64,000 nucleotides of DNA from Alphaproteobacteria bacterium (GTDB lineage: Bacteria; Pseudomonadota; Alphaproteobacteria; UBA828), in the NCBI GenBank assembly GCA_965214705.1, contig OZ243972.1, positions 2,944,001 through 3,008,000 on the forward strand, written 5' to 3'. The position numbers and the translations under genes are program-made. Under the pieces are notes generated by a model that worked only from the letters and a program-made list of their open reading frames with translations, searched no databases and was not told the origin of the DNA. Every line of letters begins with the position of its first letter. Positions within the stretch are counted from its first letter, which is position 1. Shown one piece after another: positions 28,237 through 36,732 of the stretch.

Positions 28237-30972
28237 CTACGCCCTCCGGCGACCCTGCTTGCGGGGAAAGAGGAAGATGCGCGCCTCCCGGCTCAGCCCG
28301 CCGCGAAGCCCCGCCTCCTCGCACGTGCGGGCGCTGCGGTCCAGGTTGTGCCGAATCTCAGGCTCCGCCCTGGCCACCTCCGCCACCTCCCTCAGCAGCG
28401 GAGAGGGAACCCCGCGCAGCCAGTGCCGGTCGATCAAGCCTTCCAGCGTCTCCAGCTCGCGTGACGCCTCGTCGTCGTCGAACAACGAGGTCTGGCAGGG
28501 CTGGCCCGGCAATCCCGCCTGCAGGCCGACTCGCAGCGCATCCAGGAACGCGTCGAGAGACGGCTCTTCGCCGGACGGCTCTTCCTCGGGTCCCAGCATA
28601 TCGCCCAGCAGGTTCGAGAGCGGTCCCGGATCGTCCCCGCCGAACAGCGGCTCGGGCGGGTCCAGAAGCCCGAAGTCGAATGTGTGAAGCGCCTCGCGCA
28701 GGATGCCCGCGGTGACCCGGGCAAGCCGCCCGGCTCCCGCCCGGAGCCGCTCGCGCTCGGTCGGGGCTGCCGATTGCAGCGCCTCAACGAAGCGCCTGGA
28801 ATCGTCGTCGTCACCTTCCTGGTAGCGGATCGCCGCAAGGTACAGGAGCAGCAACGGATCCCGCTCCGCCTTGCTCGTTCCGGCCAGGCGAAGCCCGATC
28901 TCGGCCCGCACAGCAGCCCGGTCGCCGCAGTCCATCAGGATGTCGAAGACATCCAGCAGGCCGTCGTCCCGCTGGCCGCGCATGATCGCGCTCCACCAGT
29001 CGGCCAGGACCGGGGCGACATGGAGACGCCCGTATAGGATCCCAAAATCCGCAGGAAGCGGAGCGAGAAGACCGACCGCCTCCTCCGCATCGATGTCATC
29101 GATCATGGGCGCCCTGAGAGCCAGAAGACCTAGCACGGCATGCGTCATCTCGGGCGTGACGTTCTTGACGGTGCTGTTCGCTTCCAGCTCGTGAAGCAAC
29201 AGCGCCAGAGTCCTGATCTGCCCAGCAGGAGGCAGGGCGGAAAGACGGGGAGCCACGACCGCGGCGGCATCCCCGCCCGACGACACCAGGTCCAGCAGAA
29301 GCCTCTTCACCGGCACGATGTCTGTCAGCCGGGAGCCCCCCAGCGCCTCGGCCCGCTGCAAATCCCGGGCCGCCAGCTCGAACCGTCCGCTCTTGCGGCT
29401 CTGGTCCGATGACTTGAGGAAGCCCACGGCCTGCAGGCCAACGATGCGCTCGTCATGCGGAGCGCGCCGCCGGGCCTCGGCAAGAGCCTCCTCCGCCCGC
29501 CGGTACGCATTGCCGGCGTAGTGAAGCTCGGTCAACTCAAGCCAGGGCTCAGCATCCTCGGGAAATCGGGCCGCCGTGTCCTCCAGCACCCGCCGCAGAC
29601 GGTTCCTGTCCTGCCTGCGGCCCCGCAACAGCTCCGCCAGGAAGCGATAGCCGTCGCGGTTGCCGGGATCGGCCAGCAGGCTCTCCTGCATCAGATCGGC
29701 AAACACCGTCCCGGCCTCGAAGGACCGCCCATCGAGAAGCAGGATCAGCTCCCGCACCTTCGGGGTCGGCAGCAGCTCCGGCTGCACGCTCCGATGTCCG
29801 ATCCTCGCCAGCGCCTCGTATACGCGGCCCCGAACCAGAGCATGATCCCCGGACCGGGGGAACTCCTCGCGAAGGCGGCCCAGCAGGGATCCCGCCGCCC
29901 CGGGGTTCCATGCGCCCAGGGAGGCCTGCTGAAGAACCAACCCGATCCTGGCGATCAGGCCCGGAACCCGCCTGGCCGGCAGAAGGTGCTGTGCCAGCCG
30001 CTCCACTGCGCCCATGGAGAGGTGGCTGCGCGCGGTGGCCAAGCCCGCAATCTGCACCAGATCGACAAGCGCCGGCAGGGGATCGTCGGGGCTGAGTGCA
30101 TCGGCCAGGCGGCTCATCAGTCGCTCGATGACCCGCTCGCGCTCGTTCCTGCGAAGAGCCTGGCGCAACTCCGCGCCCAGCTCCGAGACCGTCGTGCCGT
30201 CCGTCCCCAGGGCCCGCTGAACCCTGGACGAGCCGCCCTTGCCCCCGCCCCCGCCAGCCCGCCGCAACTCGGCGACGATGCCGGCAAGCGCGAACTCCCC
30301 GGGCAGAAGGTCCGCCGCCCGGCGCAGGCCCTCGTCGTCGCCGGCACCGAAACACGCCATCGCCTTGCAGAACACGCGCCAGGCCGCGAACGGCGAGCGC
30401 CGGTGCAGCCCGCGCAGCAGATCCGCCGCACGCTCCCACTCTCCCGCGTCCATCGCGTCGAGGCCGCGCATGACGTGATCCGCGTCGCGGCGAAGCGCAT
30501 GGCTCGCATCGAGGGCGTCCAGACTCGCCCAGCACCGCCGGGTCACCAGCCTGTCGGCGAGCAGGCGCTCAGCCCCGGCGATCGGCGATCCCCCCTTCAG
30601 GTATGCCGCGTAGGTTGCGACCGCCTCGCCAGGATCAAGATGGCGGAGGTAGCACACCAGATCCTCCTCCCCCAGCGCCCCGGCAGGGATGGATGACCGC
30701 TGTTCGGCGGCCCGCGCGCGCATGGCGGCCGACTCCTTCTTCTGACCTCTCCGCGCCAGTTGACGGGCCCGCTGCGTCAAGGCGCAGAAGTGCAGGCACG
30801 CCTTGCCCGCCGGGTCGTGCTCCCCGTCCGGCACCCGCTTCAGGAGATCGAGGGCGCCGCGGGCGTCCCCGCTGGCCAGCCGCCGACGGGCCTGATTCAG
30901 CTGCTGGACGGCGGTGACCTTGCCAGGCCGCTTGCGCCTGCGCCCCTTGCGGCTGTGCTTCCTCGACGCCAT
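28237..30972 (-). CDS. Large helical/TPR-repeat protein (~911 aa)
   Basis: Long ORF starting with basic MASRKHSRKGRRRKR; TPR-like segments such as RFPEDAEPWLELTELHY..NAYRRAEEALAEARRRAPHD; 3 nt from the J-like gene. Confidence 0.75.
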   Translation of the reverse strand: MASRKHSRKGRRRKRPGKVTAVQQLNQARRRLASGDARGALDLLKRVPDGEHDPAGKACLHFCALTQRARQLARRGQKKESAAMRARAAEQRSSIPAGALGEEDLVCYLRHLDPGEAVATYAAYLKGGSPIAGAERLLADRLVTRRCWASLDALDASHALRRDADHVMRGLDAMDAGEWERAADLLRGLHRRSPFAAWRVFCKAMACFGAGDDEGLRRAADLLPGEFALAGIVAELRRAGGGGGKGGSSRVQRALGTDGTTVSELGAELRQALRRNERERVIERLMSRLADALSPDDPLPALVDLVQIAGLATARSHLSMGAVERLAQHLLPARRVPGLIARIGLVLQQASLGAWNPGAAGSLLGRLREEFPRSGDHALVRGRVYEALARIGHRSVQPELLPTPKVRELILLLDGRSFEAGTVFADLMQESLLADPGNRDGYRFLAELLRGRRQDRNRLRRVLEDTAARFPEDAEPWLELTELHYAGNAYRRAEEALAEARRRAPHDERIVGLQAVGFLKSSDQSRKSGRFELAARDLQRAEALGGSRLTDIVPVKRLLLDLVSSGGDAAAVVAPRLSALPPAGQIRTLALLLHELEANSTVKNVTPEMTHAVLGLLALRAPMIDDIDAEEAVGLLAPLPADFGILYGRLHVAPVLADWWSAIMRGQRDDGLLDVFDILMDCGDRAAVRAEIGLRLAGTSKAERDPLLLLYLAAIRYQEGDDDDSRRFVEALQSAAPTERERLRAGAGRLARVTAGILREALHTFDFGLLDPPEPLFGGDDPGPLSNLLGDMLGPEEEPSGEEPSLDAFLDALRVGLQAGLPGQPCQTSLFDDDEASRELETLEGLIDRHWLRGVPSPLLREVAEVARAEPEIRHNLDRSARTCEEAGLRGGLSREARIFLFPRKQGRRRA

Positions 30973-31024
30973 GCCCGCTTGCTCGATGGTCAGGGTAGCC
31001 GGAGCCCTGGGAGCCGGCAGGCGA

Positions 31025-31318
31025 TCATATCCGCGACGTAGGCTTAGCGGTAGCCCGTGCATCCGCAGTGTCCTCCGGGATTGCCTCGGCCGCGGCGAGA
31101 GCCGCCGACATGGCTTCGGTCACGCGCGAGGCGTCGCTCGCCTTGTGCAAGGCCTTGGAGATCGCAGCGAGCGCCTCGACCCGACTGGCGGGATCCTCGA
31201 TACCGTTTGCAACCCGCGATGCTTTCACCAGTGTTGCAATCGGGCTCGGCGGGGACACAGCCTCGTCTATGGAATCGGACAAGACGGTAGGCTCAGCGTC
31301 GAGATGGCTCGGACTCAT
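31025..31318 (-). CDS. Small helical hypothetical protein (97 aa), cut off from its RBS by the IS1-family insertion
   Basis: ATG lies inside the TSD; the reconstructed empty site reads TAG GGAG tgccgga ATG AGT CCG; contains IEDPASRVEALAAI. Confidence 0.55.
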   Translation of the reverse strand: MSPSHLDAEPTVLSDSIDEAVSPPSPIATLVKASRVANGIEDPASRVEALAAISKALHKASDASRVTEAMSAALAAAEAIPEDTADARATAKPTSRI

Positions 31319-31450
31319 TCCGGGTGCTGACTCAGTCTGAAAACTGAACTGGATTGATTTCAAACAGAGTCACTCCGTTTCACAGTTGACACGAGCGGTA
31401 AAGTTCGATCACACTTTACCGATAACTAGCGACATACGCCGAGGGAATAA

Positions 31451-31684
31451 GTGATGCCGATAGGACCGAACGGAGAGAAACGACCGCAGTCGTCCCATTC
31501 CGCAGCCATTATGGTTGCCAAGATCGCTACCGGCGAAATCGAGGAGGAATACGCCGAGGGTGATGCGGGGGGTTCTAAAGAAGGACCGCTCAAGAAGTCG
31601 GTGGGGCCGGTGTTTCTACGAGTGGCGAAAGATGACCGGGCCGCTCGGGGTACGCGGGGTATGAGGCTTCAAAGGGCTAAGTAG
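31451..31684 (+). CDS. Small protein of the type commonly found in IS1-like elements
   Basis: MPIGPNGEKRP....AIMVAKIATGEIEE motif; GAGG RBS. Confidence 0.7.
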   Translation: MMPIGPNGEKRPQSSHSAAIMVAKIATGEIEEEYAEGDAGGSKEGPLKKSVGPVFLRVAKDDRAARGTRGMRLQRAK

Positions 31685-31687
31685 TGG

Positions 31688-31864
31688 TCAATTTTGGTAC
31701 AGAGGAGGCCAGCGTACTCGTCCGGTCTTCAAATTCACGACAGCTCCTTGTTGGAGCAGAACCTTTAGGGCATAAAAATTACGTCTCGCCTCGCCGAGAG
31801 TACTAACGAACACCTTTATTTCAGCTTTGGTCATAGTTCTTTTCGAGGATTGTGGCCGGGTCAT
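31688..31864 (-). CDS. Hypothetical passenger protein
   Basis: Short ORF after a GGAG RBS inside the IS; no recognised motif. Confidence 0.35.
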   Translation of the reverse strand: MTRPQSSKRTMTKAEIKVFVSTLGEARRNFYALKVLLQQGAVVNLKTGRVRWPPLYQN

Positions 31865-31954
31865 TTGCTCACTCCATGAGGTTGAATGACTCTCTTGGGC
31901 CTGAGTGGTCGCCGCCACTCAGGCCCATCTATTCTAGGCCAAGCCTTAGAAATG

Positions 31955-32335
31955 TCAAGCCGTCTCGCTGAACGGCTCAAGATTCCCAAAGAACTTCCAC
32001 GCTCCCTCACCTTCCTCCAACCAAAATCCCTCGAAGAAACAACCTTCTTCGTTGACGTTGGCTCTCAGAATGTATATGGACGCTTTGCCTTCATAACCGT
32101 TGCTAGGGCCAATGTGGGACTCGTAGTAGCCCTCTACTCGACGGTCTGCTATGCCACTCAGACGATATTCTTTTGGATCATCTAGAGTTGGCGTGTAGAA
32201 CAGATCGAACGAAATCTGTTTCAACGTGGCGGGATTGTCGTCTCGAATGATAGGGCGTTGCCGAATAATCATGCGCTCCGCGCGAAGGCGAAACTTGTTT
32301 GGTTCGACGGTCAAGTCTCCTTTGAATGTCAGCAT
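31955..32335 (-). CDS. Hypothetical passenger protein
   Basis: 126-aa ORF in lower-GC DNA, co-oriented with its neighbours. Confidence 0.55.
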   Translation of the reverse strand: MLTFKGDLTVEPNKFRLRAERMIIRQRPIIRDDNPATLKQISFDLFYTPTLDDPKEYRLSGIADRRVEGYYESHIGPSNGYEGKASIYILRANVNEEGCFFEGFWLEEGEGAWKFFGNLEPFSETA

Positions 32336-32345
32336 GACGGCCACC

Positions 32346-32762
32346 CTACGGCAGCGCACATGCTACAAGGTAGTAGTAATGAGGTAGCCCGAAACCGTTT
32401 CTAGATTCCGTTATCTGAGATAGGAGCACTCCGCGTCGATCATTCAACCGGCAAACGTAGTCACCCAGATCACGTGCTTGGGCCAAGTGAGATGGATTGT
32501 CGGGATCGAACCCGGACGGGTCGAGTTCATACTGAGCTTTATCTGCAAGAAGCTCCTGTATGGTTGCATTCGTTTCCCTTAGCTTTGTAAGCCCTTCGAT
32601 TTTCACCCAATTATTGCCTATCTCCGCCACCGTCACCAAAGGTGTGTCCGGCTGTTCCGGCATCTCCGAACGTGCCTCGATTGGCACAAACAAGAGCAGC
32701 GCTGAGAGGCAGGCAGCACAGGCAGTGCACACGAGTCCTGTAAGTCTTGTGATTCGACGCAT
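32346..32762 (-). CDS. Hypothetical exported passenger protein
   Basis: GGAG RBS; signal-peptide-like N-terminus MRRITRLTGLVCTACAACLSALLLF. Confidence 0.55.
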   Translation of the reverse strand: MRRITRLTGLVCTACAACLSALLLFVPIEARSEMPEQPDTPLVTVAEIGNNWVKIEGLTKLRETNATIQELLADKAQYELDPSGFDPDNPSHLAQARDLGDYVCRLNDRRGVLLSQITESRNGFGLPHYYYLVACALP

Positions 32763-33112
32763 GGTCCTCTCCTGTCGGCGGCGACCGACATCCAGAACAC
32801 CCTGGTGTCGGGCCGTTGCCAACACATTCCACGGTAGATGGTGGAGAGGTTCCCGCCTATTCACCAAGACAGAGGGAGCTACCCTCCACCCGAGATCAGG
32901 CTCTTGTATTCAGCGGGTAGCCCGACCAAGGGGCTACCGTGCAAATGTGTTGGCGCATGAATTGGACCATATGAGCGATAGCCCGTCAACCGACGAGACA
33001 ACGACGTTATGATATAACGTATCCGCGTGAAGTCGCCATGCTTCTCACTTGACTCAGTATGAAAAATCATGCTACGCTGACAGGATGTTACGGTCTATCA
33101 GTGAGGCTCATT

Positions 33113-34039
33113 ATGAGAAGACTATCGACGGAGAAGAGGGCGCTGGCAATCAACCTGATGGTGGAAGGCATGTCGATGCGTGCCATCGCCCGCACCTTGA
33201 AGGTGTCCCTGAACACGGTCTACAAGCTACACGCGGATGCGGGAGCGGCCGCTACAGCCTACCACAAGAAAGTGGCGCGCAACCTGGACGTGAGCTTGGT
33301 GCAGTGCGACGAAATCTGGTCGTTCATCTACGCCAAGAAGCGAAATGTGCCAACCGCCTTGAAGCCTCCACCCGAGGCTGGAGACGCTTGGACGTGGACA
33401 GCTCTGGACGTAGATTCCCGGTTCATGCTGAATTGGGAAGTTGGAGATAGGACAACGCGAACCGCCCAACGGTTCATGAATAACCTGAAGCGGCGTCTAG
33501 GAGGCAATAGAATTCAGTTGACCACTGACGGGCACCAGCCGTACCTGAAAGCCGTACCTAGAGCCTTCGGCTATGACATCGACTTCGCCACCCTGGTCAA
33601 GATGTTCGGGACGGGTGATCCGGTGATTGATCCTCGTGTAGTGCTCGGCAATCCCGACCCTGACCTCATCAACACCAGCTACATCGAGCGATCCAACCTA
33701 ACCATGAGGTCAGAGATACGCCGGTTCACCCGGAAGACCAACGGCCATTCCAAGTCAATCCACGCGCTTCGGTGCTCTGTGACTCTGTACTTCTTGTACT
33801 ACAACTTTTGCCGTCCCCATCTAAGCCTAAAGAATGAGACTCAAAGACGGGTCAGCCCTGCGATGGCGATTGGATTGACTGATCGCGTGTACGATGTAGA
33901 ATGGATCGTTGGTCTGATTGATGCTAGGGCGCCGAAGCCTAACCGGCCCAAGACCTACAAGAAGAGCGAGGCAATGGCCCGTAAGCAGAGAGTGCAACGC
34001 ATCAAACGTGCTAGGGAGGGGTTGCGTAGGGCTCGATAG
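33113..34039 (+). CDS. IS1-family DDE transposase
   Basis: HTH EGMSMRAIART, QCDEIWSF, WTWTALD, LTTDG, TSYIERSNLTMR. Confidence 0.92.
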   Translation: MRRLSTEKRALAINLMVEGMSMRAIARTLKVSLNTVYKLHADAGAAATAYHKKVARNLDVSLVQCDEIWSFIYAKKRNVPTALKPPPEAGDAWTWTALDVDSRFMLNWEVGDRTTRTAQRFMNNLKRRLGGNRIQLTTDGHQPYLKAVPRAFGYDIDFATLVKMFGTGDPVIDPRVVLGNPDPDLINTSYIERSNLTMRSEIRRFTRKTNGHSKSIHALRCSVTLYFLYYNFCRPHLSLKNETQRRVSPAMAIGLTDRVYDVEWIVGLIDARAPKPNRPKTYKKSEAMARKQRVQRIKRAREGLRRAR

Positions 34040-34111
34040 GGTTGACAGGGAGCCCTGCATATAGATAATGCGGCAAGAAGGCCCACAAGAATATAAGGAA
34101 GGTGAGCAGAC

Positions 34112-34297
34112 ATGAACTACTACACCTATATCTTTATCGTGAATGGGAACACTGTCCACGGCGGAATTACGACCGATCCCGAGCGCAGGGAGGGTGAGCA
34201 TCAACAGAAGTGGCCCACCGGCCACATGCAGATTGTCGGTGGACCGATGTCGGAGAAAGATGCTCGGGAATGGGAACGCCGGAACGGCTACTCCTGA
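34112..34297 (+). CDS. Minimal GIY-YIG-like protein
   Basis: YTYIF...VHGGITTDPERREGEH...AREWE; AGGAAGG RBS and an upstream TTGACA at 34042. Confidence 0.55.
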   Translation: MNYYTYIFIVNGNTVHGGITTDPERREGEHQQKWPTGHMQIVGGPMSEKDAREWERRNGYS

Positions 34298-34558
34298 TCC
34301 TTTATGTCACCATCGATGCCGGTCCAACCAATCCCAAATAATCTGGATATGAACCAGAAGTATAGATTGGCGGGCGTCAGCAAGAATAGGTAGATTCGAC
34401 TCTTCAGATTGAGACGTTTGTGCTGGTGAGTAGACATGCCAAATTCTCCTAGTTCTCTCGATCATTGGGGCTTGTCTTGAACGAAAAATGCAGTGACTCT
34501 GTTTGAAATCAGGCCAGTTCAGTTTTCAGATTGAGTCACTACCTCATTCCGGCACTCC

Positions 34559-34903
34559 CTACAATCCAACTCCGGATGCGGGGCTCTCTGCCGAACTGTC
34601 GTCCCGGCCGACCGACAGTCCCTTGGCGATTCGCTTCTTCAGCACATGAGAAGCCCGGAAGACCACCACACGGCGCGGGGCTATCGGCGCTGCCTCCAGG
34701 GTATGGGGATTGCGGCCCAGCCGCTCGCTCTTGTCGCGCAGGTTGAAGCTGCCGAAGCCGGTGAGCTTCACCGTCTCCCCGGTCTCAAGGCGGGACATGA
34801 TCGCCTCGAATGCCGCGTCGACAAACTTCCTCGCGTCGCGCTGCGTCCATCCCGTCTCCTCGCTGACGGCCCTCGCCAGATCCGCGCGCGTCAAGGTCCC
34901 CAT
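34559..34903 (-). CDS. ihfA: Integration host factor alpha-like protein
   Basis: TLTRADLA, VKLTGFGSF, RLGRNPHT, RRVVVFRASHVLK. Confidence 0.85.
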   Translation of the reverse strand: MGTLTRADLARAVSEETGWTQRDARKFVDAAFEAIMSRLETGETVKLTGFGSFNLRDKSERLGRNPHTLEAAPIAPRRVVVFRASHVLKKRIAKGLSVGRDDSSAESPASGVGL

Positions 34904-36732
34904 CGCCGATAAGTCCTCCACCTGCAGGATCACGATACGAAAGGCAACGGAAGGGTCAAATCTCCGTTCCGCTGCGCGGCCTAACGCCCAACGAGGCCCC
35001 GGTTAGCCGGCCGTGTCACAGGTCGAGCGCGCTCACTTGGCCGGCGTGGCTCTGAATGAAGGCGAGGCGGGATTCGGGGCGGCGGCCCATCAGTTCCTCG
35101 ACCCGGCGCGCCGTGGCCGTGCCTGCGTCTTCGGCGACCTCGACGCGCAGCAGCGTGCGCCGCGCCGGGTCCATGGTGGTCTCCTTGAGCTGGGCGGGCG
35201 GCATCTCGCCCAGCCCCTTGAAGCGGCTGATCTCGACCTTGCCGGCGCCGGCGAAGCCGCTCGCGAGCAGCCGGTCGCGGTCGGCATCGTCGCGCGCGTA
35301 GCGCGTGGTGCCGCCGCGCGCGAGGCGATAGAGCGGCGGCTGCGCGAGGAAGAGATGCCCGCCGTCGATCAGCCCCGGCATCTGCCGGTAGAAGAAGGTC
35401 ATCAGCAGTGCTGCGATGTGGGCGCCGTCCACGTCCGCATCGGTCATGATGACGACCCGCTCGTAGCGGAGCGCGCCCGCATCGAAGCGCGCGCCGGTGC
35501 CGCAACCGAGCGCCTGGACCAGATCGTCGAGCTCCTTGTTGCCGCGCACCTTGTCGGCGCTGGCGCTCGCCACGTTGAGAATCTTGCCGCGCAGCGGCAG
35601 CACGGCCTGCGTCTCGCGGTTGCGCGCCTGCTTGGCCGAGCCCCCCGCCGAATCGCCCTCGACCAGAAAGATCTCGGTGCCGTCCGCCGCCTCGCGCGCG
35701 CAATCGGCGAGCTTGCCCGGAAGCCGGGTCTTGCGGGCCGCGCGCTTGCGCGCGACCTCCCGGTCCTTCCTGCGCCGGAGCCGCTCCTCGGCACGCTCGA
35801 CCACGCGCTCGAGCAGCAGGTTGGCGGCGGCGGGATCGGCCGAGAGCCAATGGTCGAAGTGATCGCCGGGGGCGTTCTCCACCAGGCGGCCGGCCTCGGG
35901 CGAGGCGAGGCGCTCCTTGGTCTGCCCCTGGAACTGCGGGTCGCGCAGGAACACCGAGAGCAGCGCGCAGGCGCCTCCCGTGACGTCGTCGGCGGTGAGT
36001 TGCGCGGCGCGCTTGTTGCCGACCAGCGCGCCGTAGCCCCTCAGTCCGCGCACGAGGGCCGCCCGCATGCCGGCCTCGTGGCTGCCGCCCTGGCTGGTCG
36101 GCACGGTGTTGCAGTGGGAGGCGACGAAGCCCTCGTCGTCGTCGGGCCAGGCGATGGCCCACTCGACCCGGCCGGACTCGCCGTTGAGCGTGCCCTGGCC
36201 TGCGAAGGGCGCGGGCGTCAGCGTGTGGCGCTTGCCGAGGACGGCGGTGAGATAGTCGACCAGGCCGCCGGGATAGTGCAGCACGGCCTTCTCCGGCGCC
36301 GCGTCGCCAGGGCCGAGCAGCGCCGCATCGCAGGCCCAGCGGATCTCGACGCCGCGGTGGAGATAGGCCCGCGTCCGCGCCATCTCGTAGAGCGGCCCCG
36401 GCTGGAAGCGCAGCCCATCGCCGAAGATCTCGGGATCGGGTCGGAAGCGCACCAGCGTGCCGCGCCGGTTGGTGACAGGGCCCGCGTCCTCCAGCGGGCC
36501 GGTGGGGAGGCCCCGGGCATAGGCCTGCCGCCACAGCCGCTTGTCGCGTGCGACCTCGACCGTCAGTGATTCCGAGAGCGCGTTGACCACGGAGAGTCCG
36601 ACCCCGTGCAGGCCGCCCGAGGTCGCGTACACCTTGTCGCCAAACTTGCGGCCGGAGTGCAGCGTGGTGAGAATCACCTGCAGCGCCGAGACGTTCTCGT
36701 ACCTGGGGTGCGGGTCGACGGGGATGCCCCGG

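Larger units (their letters stand above)
31323..34543 (+). mobile_element. IS1-family passenger-carrying IS (tIS), 3221 bp
   Basis: ~52-bp terminal IRs GGT(GC/AG)TGACTCA(G/A)TCTGAAAACTGAACTGG..TGATTTCAAACAGAGTCACT; 8-bp TSD TCATTCCG (31315-31322 and 34544-34551); visibly lower GC. Confidence 0.92.
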
